A stretch of DNA of 64,000 bases, taken from positions 62,001 to 126,000 of the forward strand of contig JASTWF010000180.1 in assembly GCA_030390025.1 (NCBI GenBank), written 5' to 3'. Below, piece by piece: positions 1 to 12,317 of this stretch. Origin of the DNA: Squalus acanthias (lineage: Eukaryota). The notes under the pieces were generated by a model. It did not search any database, was not told where the DNA came from, and was given only the letters and a program-made list of their open reading frames with translations. A program made the translations under genes and the position numbers. Position 1 is the first letter of the stretch, and each line of letters opens with the position of its first letter.

Positions 1-58
1 TGACCATCTCGGAGCTGCGGCTTACTGACACCGCGGTGTATTACTGTGCACTGAGTCT
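1..58 (+). CDS. TCR alpha/delta V, family A, 3' end only (..TISELRLTDTAVYYCALS)
   Basis: FR3 DTAVYYC motif directly followed by an RSS; 5' part lies outside the window. Confidence 0.9.
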
Positions 59-97
59 CACAGTGATGGGAACGAGCTAAAGCCTCGTACAATAACT
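59..97 (+). promoter_or_regulatory. 23-RSS
   Basis: CACAGTG (59-65), 23-bp spacer, ACAATAACT (89-97). Confidence 0.95.
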
Positions 98-399
98 GCC
101 GCAGGTTTCTGGGTCACAGCTGCTGTCTATTGTGGGCTGTTTATCACAGCGGGTCAGACACTGACACGTGAATACATTCCTGTGCGCGCAGACCCCGATC
201 AGAATCCACATAAAACTCATACCAAACCGTCACATCGAATACTGATTCCGTCTGATTATTGTATTAACTGTGTGAGGTCAGCATTGACTGCTGTTTATTT
301 ATGTATTTCTGGGAACACGCCAGTCTCTTTGAGAATAAACACACCTGCGGGTTACTGGAAGTGGTTCTATCGATGCACCGCTGCTTTGGATATAACACA

Positions 400-1540
400 A
401 GAAATAAGAGCCAGGAGTAGGCCATTTGGCCCATCGAGCCTGCTCCGCCATTCAATCATATCATCTCCGCTTTCCTGCACTATCCCCATATCCCTTGATT
501 TCCTTAATAATCAAAAATCTATCGATCTCAGTCTTGAATATACTTAACGACTAAGGCTCCACAGCCTCTGGGGTAGAGAGTTCCAAAGATTCACCACCCA
601 CTGAGTGAAGAAATTTCTCCTCATCTCAGTCCTAAATGGCAGACCCCTTATTCTGAGACAGTGACCCTTGGTTCTAGACTCCCCAGTCCCTGCATCGACC
701 CTCTCAAGCCCTGTAAGAATTTTGTATGTTTCAATGAGATCGCCTCTCATTCTTCTAAACTCTAGAGAATATAGGCCGAGTCTACTCAATCTCTCCTCAT
801 AGGACAAACCCCCCATCGCAGGAACCAGTCTGGTGAACCTTCGTTGCACTCCCTCTATGGCAAGTATATCTTTGTTTAGGTAAGGAGATCAGAACTGTAC
901 ACAACACTCCAGGTGTGGTCTCACCAGGGCCCTATATAATTGCAGTAAGACGGCTGTACACTTCTGCACAAATACTCTTCTAAAAATGACAACATACCAC
1001 TGGCTTTCCTAATTGCTTGCAGTACCTGCATGTTAACTTCAGTGATTCGCGTAAAAGGACGCCCAGGTCCCTCTGAACACTAACATGTCCCAACCTCTCA
1101 CCATTAAAACATACTCTGTTTTTCCATTGGATAACTTCACATTTCTCCACATTATATTCCATTTGCCATGTTCTTGCTTACTCATTTAGCCTTTTTATAT
1201 CCCCGTGAAGCCTCTTCACATCCTCCTCACAACTTACATTCCCATCCAGCATTGTATCATCAGCAAACTTTAATATATTACATTTGGTCCCCTCATCCAT
1301 ATCATTTATGTCGATTAGGAATAGCTGAGGCCCAAGCACTGATCCTTGCGGTAACCTACTAGTTACAGCCTGCCAACCCGAAAATTAACCGTTTATTCCT
1401 ACTCTCTGTTTTCTGTCCGTTAACCAATCCTCAATTCATGCAAGTATATTACCCCCAATCTCATAAGCCCTAATTTTCTTTGAGACCCTCTTGTGTGGCA
1501 CCTTATCGAATGCCTTCTGAAAATACAAATGCACCACATC
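400..1540 (-). mobile_element. CR1/HER1-type LINE 3' fragment
   Basis: ORF2 C-terminal motifs QRRFTRLVP, RMRGDLIETYKI, FRTEMRRNFFTQ; decayed. Confidence 0.9.
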
Positions 1541-1544
1541 AACA

Positions 1545-2450
1545 ATAATGGAAAATGTGAGGTTATGCACTTTGGCAGGAAAAATCAGAGAGCAAGTTAT
1601 TATCTTAATGGCGAGAAACTGGAAAGTACTGCAGTAAAAAGGGATCTGGGGGTCTTGGTGCAAGAAAATCAAAAAGTTAGTATGCAGGTGCAGCAGGTGA
1701 TCAAGAAAGCCAATGGAATGTTGGCTTTTATTGCTAGGGGGATAGAATATAAAAACAGGGAGGTATTGCTGCAGTTGTATAGGGTATTGGTGAGACCACA
1801 CCTGGAGTACTGCATACAGTTTTAAGAAAAGACATATTTGCTCTCGAGGCAGTACAAAGAAAGTTCACTCGGTTAATTCCGGGGATGAGTGGGTGGACAT
1901 ACGAGGAGAGGTTGAGTAGATAGGGACTCTACTCATTGGAGTTCAGAAGAATGAGAGGCGATCTTATTGAAACATATAAGATTGTGAAAGGGCTTGATTG
2001 GGTGGACGCGGTGAGGATGTTCCCAATGATGGGTGAAACTAGAACTAGGGGACATAATCTTAGAATAAGGGGCTGCTCTTTCAAAACTGAGATGAGGAGA
2101 AACTTTTTCACTCAGAGGGTAGTGGGTCTGTGGAATTTGCTACCCCAGGAAGCTGTGGAAGCTCCATCATTAAATAAATTTAAAACAGAAATAGACCGTT
2201 TCCTAGAAGTAAGGGAATTAGGGCTTACGGGGAGCGGGCTGGAAATTGGACATGAGTTTGAGTTCGGATCGGTCAAGGCCCTGTGGGTGGCGGAGCGGGC
2301 CCAGGGGCCGAGTGGCCTGGTCCTGCTCCTACTTCTTGTGTTCTTTAGAGTTGAGGTTGGATCAGATCAGCCATGATCTCATTGAAAGGCGGAGCAGGAT
2401 CGAGGGTCCGATTGGTCTACTCCTGCTCCTATTTCTTATGTTCTTATTGC
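1545..2450 (+). mobile_element. CR1/HER1-type LINE 3' fragment, nested in opposite orientation
   Basis: KCEVMHFG, LVRPHLEYC, RGDLIETYK motifs; 3' tail cctgctcctatttcttatgttctt. Confidence 0.9.
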
Positions 2451-3303
2451 CCCCTTAGCTATGCTGCTAGTTACAACCTCAAAAAATTCTAACAGATGAG
2501 TCAAACACTCACGGCAAACGGACAAATAGTGATTGGTTTAAAATACCAGTCTACAGTGTAGACGGAGATTGGTCGGTTGGGGAAGACTCCAATAATTCTA
2601 ATAACGTTATTAAACATTGCTCACTATTAAAGACCCTTGCACATGTTAAAACTAACAATCTGCATTATAAGTAGATTCCAGTGGGAAAAATCAGGACAAG
2701 ATTAGAAGCTGCAAACGAACTTTAATGGACTAATAACCTGTAAGAACAGAAGTGTTGTGTTCCAGGCTCCGGGCCAGATAGATAGAGGAACCGACTGAAT
2801 AAAAAAGGTTGATATAGAAGATATAAGAAAAGACGAGATAGTGAGGTTCAAACCGCATAAAGAACCAAGTACAAAGACGAAGTAACGTCGTACAGACTCA
2901 TTACAGAGAATTTCATAATTTACAAGATGTTTTAATGGTTTAACGTGTTACGTATTAATTATGGGGTGTTGACATGTTATCATCACGTTCCTTAAACGTT
3001 ACTAAGCCTGTAACACAAAAGATGAAAACACTTGAAAGGTACAAGCTTGAGGCAGTCAAGGAACAAGAGGTTAACGCTGATCCCAATAGGAACGAAAAAT
3101 ATCAGTTCTATTGTATCTATTGCCTTAGCTGGTAAGATTGTTAGCAACCTGAATTATTAACTGTGCTTTGTCTTGCACTAAAGAAAACTGGTTAATTACC
3201 ACAACCGTTTTGGCACAGTCTCCTGCTGAATGTCCGAATGTGACTTGAAACAGTACTTCACCGAATTGAAGGCAAAATGACCGGGGAGCAGTCCTGAGTT
3301 ATT

Positions 3304-3318
3304 CCACTAGATGGCAGC
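3304..3318 (+). promoter_or_regulatory. candidate CTCF site
   Basis: CCACTAGATGGCAGC matches the CTCF core consensus; motif only. Confidence 0.5.
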
Positions 3319-3548
3319 AAACACCCACTAATCACGCGTCCGAACCTGTCTTGAAAGGTCGATCTCTGCGCGTGTTATTCAGGAATCAACACACACAATC
3401 GACCAATAACGACTGAACTAAGGTACTGGAGATTAGGTCAGCCACCGGCTGGTCTGGCACCTGTTTACCAGCAACTCCGTGATTTACAATCGTCTAGAAC
3501 TATTGAGAAATCAATCAGGTTAAATTGCTGAATTCATCTGTCCGGGTA

Positions 3549-3674
3549 AAGCCAACTCACGGTCATTGACTTTGGGCGGAAATCGATGATTGAACACGGT
3601 TGCAGAACTGCTGCTGGTGATTTCTTCACTTGAACTCAGGTTGACGATAACAGTTGGATGATGCAACACACGAT
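3549..3674 (-). pseudogene. IgH (IgM CH2-like) constant exon relic, copy 1
   Basis: Acceptor ttcttgcag, then DRVLHHPTVIVNLSSSEEITSSSSATV, a frameshift, then CSIIDFRPKSMTVSWL (C1-set strands A-C); truncated. Confidence 0.72.
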
Positions 3675-3729
3675 CTGCAAGAAAATAAATTATATGGGGA
3701 TTATTGTTCGCAATCCAAACAATTTCTGT

Positions 3730-4590
3730 ACTAGACCGTGTCCCTGTTTATATTAAACTAGACCCTGTCTATATTTGTATTAAACTATACCCTATCTCTA
3801 TTTATATTACACTAGACCCTGTCTCTGTTTATATTACAGTAGACACTGTCTCTGTTTATATTAGACAAGACCCAGTCTCTGTTTATATTACACTAGAACC
3901 GGTCTCTGTTTATATTACACTCAAACATTTCTCTGTTTATATTACACTAGACCCTGTCTCTGTTTACATTACACAAGCCCTGTCTCTGGTTATATTACAC
4001 TAGGTCCTGCCTCTGTTTATAATACACTAGGCCTTGTCTCAGCTATTGCTGCACTAGTTCATGCCTTTTTTAATATATTACACTGAGTACTGTCTCAGTT
4101 ATCTCTGCACTGGGCCATGCCTGTGTTTACGTAACACTAGGCCCTGTCTCAGTTATCACTGCACTAGACCCTGTCTTTGTTGATATAACACTAGGACCTC
4201 TCTCTGTTTATATTACACTACACGCTGTCTCTGTTTTTATTACACTAGGTGCTGCCTCTGTTTATATTACACTAGACCCTGTCTCTGTTTATATTACACT
4301 ACACGCTGTCTCTGTTTATATTGCACTCGGCCCTGTCTCTGTTTATATTACACTACACGCTGTATCTGTTTATATTACACTAGGTGCTGCCTCTGTTTAT
4401 ATTACAGTAGGGCTTGTCTCCGCTATTGCTGCACTAGACATGTCTCTGTTTATATTACATTACACCATGTCTCTCACTGTATTACACTAGGGCTGGTCTC
4501 AGCTATTGCTGCACTAGACCATGTCTCTGTTTTTATATTACACTAAGCCAGGCTCAGTTATTACGACACTAGACCATGCCTCTCTTTATA
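3730..4590. repeat. 27-bp minisatellite (ctagaccctgtctctgtttatattaca)n
   Basis: Direct tandem repeats; inverted paralog at 30390-31770. Confidence 0.95.
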
Positions 4591-5669
4591 TTTCACCGTT
4601 GTACAACTCATTTTAAATACATGTGCAGTGAGTCAGAGAGTTTACAAATAGAGACATTAATCCACCTGACTGTAGCTCGGTGGCTCGGACCTCTTCTGAT
4701 ATAGCACAGACTTGCAACTCAAAACCCCCATTCGCCCAGTCCAGAGCCCCTCAGCTACTATGTAACAGCTGTCTGCATCTCAGACACCGCCTTCCACGTA
4801 TGGCAGAATCCAAGGGAAGACGGTCTGTAGCCGGTGGGGGTCCGGGGTGCGGTGCTGGACAGTCTCCCTGGTGGCAGTGTCCTGAGTGATTCGTACCTGA
4901 GCCTGTGTGGCACATCTCCCGCTCGGAACCGGGTCTAAGGGTTGCTACCTGAGTAAAAACGTTCAACCATTGCGTACAGACAGGCACTGACCTGAGCCAC
5001 CGTGAGGGCCCTTATACCCCTGCACAGGTACATTGCTCAGATCTTCCTTTCATTCAGTCACTTCCATTGTCCTTTTTCATCAGTTTCTTTGTTTTATTTT
5101 AACCAGCTGTTTATTTTTGTGTTACCTGTCTGTTCATTGTTCCTCTGTTTCCAATGATTTTCACCATCTGTTCTGCTAATTTCTCCCCATCTCCCTCATT
5201 CCCTATGCTTTCCACAGATTCCCCCCCGCCCCATTCCCATGTCCCCAGGTGACACCGTGCAGTCTGTTGTCCGTGTGAGTATCCCTGAGATTCAGTCTCT
5301 CTGGCCCTGTGTCCGTGTGAGTCACTCTACCTCAGTCAGGCTGTGTTTCATTAGCTCTCTCATTGTCCATTTTTATTACACAGAAGAGTTCCGACCCCAT
5401 AGCCCCACTGCACGGCTTCAGGGGTCATCCCAATGGCGAAATAGTCAGCACAACCCTTATTAACCTGTTGCCTTTCTGTGACTTCATATTTATAAATACA
5501 CGTCTGGTTCAATCTCCCTCTGTTGGTGTCTCACTGTATGACTGTACTCAGTCAAACCTTTAGCTCTCTCTCCCGTATTTTGGTGACTCTCTGCATCACT
5601 CACTGTACTCAGTCTCACCTTTATCTATCTCCCTCTTTTGGGTAGCTCGCTCAAAGTGTACAGGCAGAC

Positions 5670-5955
5670 AGAGGCTTGATCTATGGAGGTGGTTTCACTC
5701 ACCTGCACAGCTCCATTGCTCCAATCTTTCACCATGGAGGACAGACAGACACTGAGCTGGTCCACCGTGGGTGCCTCCCTCACCTGTATAGGTACAATAC
5801 TCAGATATTTAAGCATGGAGAGCAGACATTGGTGGGGCTGATCCGCCGTGGGGGTCTCAATCACCTGCACAGTTCCATTGTTCAAATTTTTAACCATGTA
5901 GGGCAGACAGGCACTGGGCTGATCCACCGTGGGGGGCTCACTCACCTGCACAAGT
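5670..5955. repeat. ~81-bp degenerate tandem repeat
   Basis: ccaccgtggggg..cacctgcacag.tccattg unit x3-4; related copies at about 6425-6530, 28255-28360, 29030-29305. Confidence 0.75.
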
Positions 5956-7161
5956 ACGAATCCTGAGGGAGCAGCGAGAAACATCAACACTTAGCGGACA
6001 GAAACATTAATCAGATGAATTGGAGCTTGCAAATTCACAGCTTCCGCTCGCAGATTTGACCCTTTCTAATCTGCACAACAAGCAACAATAACCCACAACC
6101 CATATTCACAACAACTGACTTTCATTTCCTTTCAGTTCAACTTGCGACGAATGTCCGTGATCTTTATGTACATGCTCCAGACAGTAAGAGTGTTTTCCCT
6201 CCTGCATTTCCCAGTTTCCGTGATTCCTTTCTCCGTGTAGTTGCACTGGGATAAACCTGGTGCAGACTGGTTCCCCTTGCTCCGGGAGAACAAATAATCG
6301 AGGCCCAGACAGGCCGCTGGCCACCGGTTTGTCAGCCATCAGCCTTGTTACCTGTATAAAGGCCTTTCACTCATCTACCTGCATTTGTATGTATATACAA
6401 TGCAGGTAGATGAGTGAAAGCCGCATTGTACCATACAAGTGAGGGAGCCTCCCCACGTTGGACAAGCTCAGTTTCTGTCAGTCCTCCATGGTTAAAGCTT
6501 TCAGCAATGGAGCTGTGCAGATGAGTGAATATATATTTTATATACGTATATATTTATAAATAATACAGATAAATATGTATTAATATAAGCAGTTTAAGGT
6601 CAACCACTGTCCCATCTGATGTTCACACACTCCCATTCTGCTCAAACCATCAGTCACTTCGCATTTCATTGATATAATCGGTGGCTTTTTTCTAATTTAC
6701 CGCATCAATCTGTTCTAAACCTAGAGGACCCGCTGGCATTAATATGCCCCTTTATTTCGGCTGTGGGTAGTTGTAATGATCAGTGAGCAGCTCTTTTAAT
6801 GGGAGCCTCCGGCACTGATGCCAGAAGAACATTAACTATTTTTCTTCACTGGCCCCACCTCAGAGACTGACCCTGTTAAAGAACCAGCATTGGGTTTAAT
6901 CCTCGTCCAGTTCTCTGTTGTGAAGGAAAAAATTCACTTCCTTCCCGGCAGCTGGCTCTGACGTCATGACTTGGAGAACAAAGGAGCTGTGAACTGATTG
7001 GATGAATTTGAGAAAATTGCACTCGTGACCTGATTTACCATCACCTGCTGACTCTCTCAGGAATGAACCAATCGGCAGAAAGGCCGGCTGTGACTCAACG
7101 TCTTTCTATCAGTTGACGAAAAACAATTTCAGGTTCAAAGCGTCATCAACTCTCTGCAAAC

Positions 7162-7213
7162 ATGCTGGCTGTTGCTTATTAATTATTCCTCAGAGCTACA
7201 GCTCTCATAAATG
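7162..7213 (+). pseudogene. orphan V leader exon with in-frame stop
   Basis: ATG ctg gct gtt gct tat TAA ... g|gtaagt; CRE TGACGTCA at ~6959, CCAAT and TGACTCA upstream; no V exon follows. Confidence 0.65.
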
Positions 7214-7256
7214 GTAAGTTCACAAGTTACACAGCATTGTGTTTCACACTTTTATT

Positions 7257-8438
7257 GGCCCAGAAATTGGCCTCTCCGGCTTGCCGCGGGAATAAGGATC
7301 GCGCGCAATCTTACCTACCGCGCCGGCCATTCTGTTTCGGGCCCACACGAACTTCGTGTCCCGGACCTCTCCCTGGTGCCGAGGCGCAGTGTGTGCGTGT
7401 CCCAGAGGCGCAGTTAGTTGGATGCGACCTCTGGGATCACGTGGGGCATGGAGAGTGAGCAACACGGTGGCATAGTGGTTAGCACTGGTGCCTCACAGCG
7501 CCAGAGACCCAGGTTCGAATCTGGCCTCGGGTGACTGTCTGTGTGGAGTTTGCACATTCTCCCCGTGTCTGCGTGGGTTTCCTCCGGGTGCTCCGGTTTC
7601 CTCCCACAGTCCAAAAATGTGTGGGTTAGGTTAATTTGGCTCTGATAAATTGACCCTTAGTGTTAGGGGGGGATTAAATATGTGGGGTTACAGGGATAGG
7701 ATGGGATATGTTAGGGGGAATTAAATACGTGGGGTTACGGGGATAGGGTGGGATATGTGTCGGTGCAGGCTCGATGGGGATTCTGTGTGAGAAAGCAGGG
7801 ACAGGGTACTGGATTTGGATGATCAGCCATGATCGTATTGAATGGTGGAGCAGGGTCGACGGGCCGAATGGCCTACTCCTGCTCCTAGTTTCTATGTTTC
7901 TATGTTTCTATGTATGAGAGCCAATGGCAGCATACCATCTTTCATTCATAGTTTTGACAGGAGAACTGTCAAAACTATGAACACAAATTGTCCCCAAAAG
8001 AACAGCTAAACCTCAATTAAATTTTTTAAAAAGCCATCACATTAATAAAATAACTATAGTTAAATAAATTAACCACGTTAAACAAAAATTTAAATTTTTG
8101 AAAAAATTTAAATTCTTCTTTAAAGTTATAAAAATAAACTTACCTTTCTTTAAAGTCTCTAAAAAAGATAAACCTGTTGAAAAAAAATTAAAATAATACT
8201 TAATTAATGACTTACCTTGTTAAAAGGGGTCTTACGCCTGCTTGCTTCATGTGTAAAATCTTCAACACTTACCTGGGCGTTCAATCCTGAAAAAAAATAA
8301 GTGTGCTGCGTGCTTCGCAACACCCGAAGTGCCGGTTTCCCGCGCATGCGCAGTGCATGCAGGAAACCGGCACTTCGGGACCAAATACGCGAGAGTACAC
8401 ACTGCGTTATCTCCCGTATTCAGCCGAATGTTTGGGCC
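7257..8438 (+). mobile_element. non-autonomous DNA transposon (MITE-like, ~770 bp) with nested SINE
   Basis: Termini GGCCCAGAAATT...AATGTTTGGGCC, GC-rich ends, AT-rich core; paralogs at 21336-22100 and 47349-48112. Confidence 0.8.
7456..7915 (+). mobile_element. HE1-like tRNA-derived SINE
   Basis: A box ggtggcatagtgg, B box ggttcgaatc, CR1-like tail ending (ctatgttt)n; gagag on both sides; absent from the other MITE copies. Confidence 0.88.
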
Positions 8439-8499
8439 AATGTCTCTTAATCTCTCCTGCCTTCCATCTTTTCACAGACTTTTCGTTTTGTTGTTTCCT

Positions 8500-8700
8500 C
8501 CCCTCTCCGCTTTCCCGGCCCCTACACTTGCTTAACATCTGTTATATCTCCAGCTTTTTCCATTTCTTACGAAGGGTCATCCACCTAAAACGTTAACTCT
8601 GTTGCTCTCTCCACAGATGCTGCCTGACCTGCTGAGTATTTCCAGCATTTTCTGTTTTTATTTCAGATTTCCAGCATCCGCAGTATTTTGCTTTTGTATT
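8500..8700 (+). mobile_element. Penelope-like 3' relic with degenerate hammerhead
   Basis: cttacgaagggtcatccacctaaaacgttaactctg..gatgctgcctgacctgctgag; homologous to 61705-61825; paralog at about 48170-48370. Confidence 0.6.
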
Positions 8701-9042
8701 AAATAACGACCGGGTTGATTCAGCTCCAATCTAGAGTATTGAGACACAATATCTGGCACACGGTTTATTTCCTTTATGATCAATAAACCCCAAATCCGCT
8801 CAATGACCTTATTCTAAACCGGATTGAACAAAATCCGCCATCAGATGTCGCCAAACTAAAGCATGGTAATTAGAAAGCCAGGTGATGTACTCACCAAAGC
8901 CAATCACGATGGAAGCCTGAGTGAGGTCACAATGGGGCCGCCCCCTGCAGTGTGCGGGTGGAACAATGAGCTGAACAGGCCCCGGGTTACCGCTCTCCTT
9001 CTCAATCTCTGCCTCATTTCATTCCAAGAGATATAATCAGAC

Positions 9043-9543
9043 ATGTTTCTCATAATACTGGCGGCTGTGATGGACACCGAGGGCTAGATTATATTTAAAA
9101 CACACAGGTCAGCAGATTGATGAAAAGAGTTTATTCAGGGAATCAGAAATATCCATATAAAGGACAGTTTGGTACATGGGAAGTTACACTCAGACAGATA
9201 GAAGCAAGTTTAACTCGATTCTGTATAACCTCCTGTTCTTCTGTTCCCCTATCTGAGGCGAACTGTATGCAAATCCACTCACCCAGTCTCCGGTGGCAAT
9301 TGCCGTGTCAGCAGGGTATTCAGTGCAGTTAGATTGCGAATATCGAACCCTGGATATTGACGACAAGCAATGGTACCGACAGAACCCGGCACAGACTCCA
9401 ACCCGAATACTTAGCAAAGTAGCAGCACTGAAGGGAATCGAAATCACAGGACAATATCTGAAGGCTGTTGACAAGTCTAGAAAGCATGGTCACCTCAAAA
9501 AAAGCGGCCTGAGTGTGGGGCGGTCTATTACTGTGCAGTGAGG
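9043..9543 (+). pseudogene. TCR V family C pseudogene
   Basis: V exon 9258-9543 (QLDCEY..WYRQNP); 7-nt deletion before YYC; leader donor lost; heptamer TACAACG. Confidence 0.9.
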
Positions 9544-10761
9544 TACAACGTTAAATAAAAGCAAATGCCCTGTAAAAAAACTGAGCGAGTATTTATAGCT
9601 CCATTGGGTCTGGATAGTAACAGTTAGCCGGCCTTTGGTGAGCTGCTGTCGGGTTAGCGAGGCACCAGTCTCAGTCTTTTTACCAATAAACTGCTGATTG
9701 GCTTTATCTCAAACGGGAATATTGACTCAAATTCAAACAGTTGCGTGAGGCGAGGTTTCAGGGAACACCTTCAACCAGCCATTGTTGACAACTATTTTCC
9801 AATATTTCCATTTATCTCTCATACATATATATATATATATCTGTGTGTGTGTGTGTGATTGAGAGAGATAGAGACAACCACACAGAGGCACGAAGACACA
9901 CAGAACCCTCTGAACAATTTCCGAGGACCAAACTGCTGCATTACCTCTTCGTACATGATTGCATACATTTTTTGGACGCAGCCTTCCTGTCTAAATAGGG
10001 ATTCACAAAAAAGAATGAATATTCAGCTGAAAATAAGAAATTTAGTGGGCTATAGGGAAACAGCAGTAGAGTGGCACAAATGAAAAAGCCGACACAGGCA
10101 CGATGGGCCGAATGGCTTCCTGCTTTGCTGCATGATTTCTGGAATGAGCAAAGAGTGAAATTGAAAGAGACACTCGTGTGGCGACTTTGAACCAGGAGGA
10201 CAGGCATCGTGTAGTTTCAGGCTCTGACCACTTGGTGGCTCCGTGGAGCGAAGTTCTGCAGTCTCTCGGTCGCTATTTCCTACTTTAAAATCATATTTAC
10301 TCTCCCCGATAATGCGAAGGGCAGCTCAGTATTGTTTATATAAAATGCCACAGCTACATTCAATTAACTAAATTACTTAGGAAGGGGACAATTTCCCTGT
10401 TCACTGAGTGTAGCGAATGGCTAATCCTGCCACGAAGATTTCCTCTGGTCGCTCTCGCTAAATGAACCTTTAACAAATTAAGTTGTTCAAAAAGAAACTG
10501 TTGCTGATTTGCGAAGAAATGACGAACAGAGGAATCTCCATTGAAAATTTCGAATGTTGCTGCACACACAGTGACCAGAGCAATTCTCCCCGCTCCCTGA
10601 TGGTGTGAAATTATCACAAACGGACGTGACATTTTGTGCAGAGTCACTTCCCTTTCTATGCTTCTAACAGGGTTAAATAGTTCAGCCTGGTCCGGTACTG
10701 GTGGCAGTTTTTGCTACAGTAGTGAAGTGGTCGATGCTCATATTGTGACCCCCGGACAGCG

Positions 10762-11204
10762 ATGTGTTTCCCTATCTATTTCAGTGTGATGTTGGCGCTC
10801 TCTGTGCTGCGCAATTACATTGTAAATCCGAGTACAAAAGGCACCAATAGGTACGGTTAGAGGGACGGATATTTGGAAATGTTCAATTTCTCTTCCAGCC
10901 AACAGCTTTGGCGGCGTGATCGTGCATCAAGACTTTTCGACCAGGACGATGGGGGAAGGAGAAGCGGTGACGCTGAATTGTAGCTTCAAACAACATATAC
11001 AAACCCTGAGCTTTTCTTGTACCGGCAGCTTCCCGGTCGCGCCCCAGTAAACGTGTTGCTTATCACCAATAACAACACGTTGCCAGGCGACTTCGCCAAG
11101 GACCGTTTTACAGCAGAGCTGAGCGCAGAAGGGAGCGCGGTTCGGTTGAGAGTTTCTGGGGCGGAGCTGTCAGGCGGCGCCGTGTATTACTGCGCGCTGA
11201 GACC
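10762..11204 (+). pseudogene. TCR V family B pseudogene
   Basis: Leader 10762-10810 with GC donor; V exon from 10899 with 1-nt deletion after first Cys; heptamer AACAGTT, nonamer ACAAAAACT. Confidence 0.92.
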
Positions 11205-11787
11205 AACAGTTGCACAGCTCTGTGCCCGTCCTTTACAAAAACTGCAGCACACCGCGTGTAAATAAACATGTGTGGCCGGAATAGCCGCCGGGTCTTATTA
11301 GGATATTTACTGTCTGAACAGAATATTCCCACTGGGCAACTCCCGCCAGCTCTGAATAGAGGAGTATGGATTTAAATTTCATTCACCCTATAATGAGGGA
11401 TGAACAGGAGGAAACGCGCGCACGTTTAATAGGCCAATGTACCGTGTAATATCTGTTCAATGTCAAGTTACCCTCTTCACTGCCGCTATGTTTTTTTTCA
11501 TTTTCACACCCCTTAAACCAGCACAGGAGTGTGTAGCTTTGCTTTGGTTTAGGATTATATTGAAAGGGCTCTAAACCTTCCCTTTTCATGTGTTGGTTTA
11601 ATTTCTTTCGGTCTGTGACAGCTCGCCGAGAACAATAATTTCATTCTCCTGTAACATCCGTGTTTACACCGAGGTGTCCGCTCTGTGCGGTAGAATTCCT
11701 CTGGCCGCTTCTAGTGAACGCGTTCTAAAAGAATGAATGACGATTCTACAAAACTGGCGATCAGACGAGATTTACTGCTGTGTTTGG

Positions 11788-12070
11788 CTGTCTCTCAGGT
11801 CAATTAGCGATCAAGCTGACTCTAGAGTCAATTAGAGATCAAGCTGTCTCTCAGGTCAATTAGAGATCAAGCTCTCTCTGAGGTAACTTTGAGATCAAGC
11901 TGTCTCTTGGGTCAATTAGAGATCAAGCAGTCTCTCGGGTCAATTAGAGATCAAGCTGTCTCTCAGGTCAATTAGAGATCAGCTGTCTCTGAGGTAACTT
12001 TGAGATCAAGCTGTCTCTCGGGTCAATTAGAGATCAAGCTGTCTCTCAGGTCAATTAGAGATCAATCTGT
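11788..12070. repeat. 28-bp tandem repeat (gctgtctctcaggtcaattagagatcaa)n, ~10 units
   Basis: Direct repeats upstream of family A promoter; also ~19485-19580, 38510-38620, 51520-51800, 63340-63460. Confidence 0.9.
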
Positions 12071-12317
12071 GTCTTTTTCTAAGTCTTTCTTGCTCTGATC
12101 AGCGGAATGAAACGTTAATGCCTCAGTTCTCTGAAACAAACGAGTGGTTAAAGACGTGACATCAGACCAGACCCAACCGGTGCACTCAGCTCTTTCTGAT
12201 CGATGTTCTGCAGGAAATGACGGCAGTCCAGCCCGTGGCGACGCGCCCAGCTCTTTCGATTTGATGTTCTGCAGGTTCCTGAGACACAAAAAGTCCCTCC
12301 AATTCGGAGCAGAAGCA

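Noticed and set aside
5625-5990. 121-aa ORF with 27-aa periodicity
   Set aside because: Product of the 81-bp repeat; the paralog at 29k is frameshifted
6151-6214. Leader-like ATG..aca|gtaaga with nearby acceptor
   Set aside because: Intron would be ~30 nt, phase 0, and no V-like exon follows
7456-7530. tRNA gene
   Set aside because: A/B boxes belong to a SINE head continuing into SINE body and LINE-like tail; same at 28.1k, 36.4k and 60k
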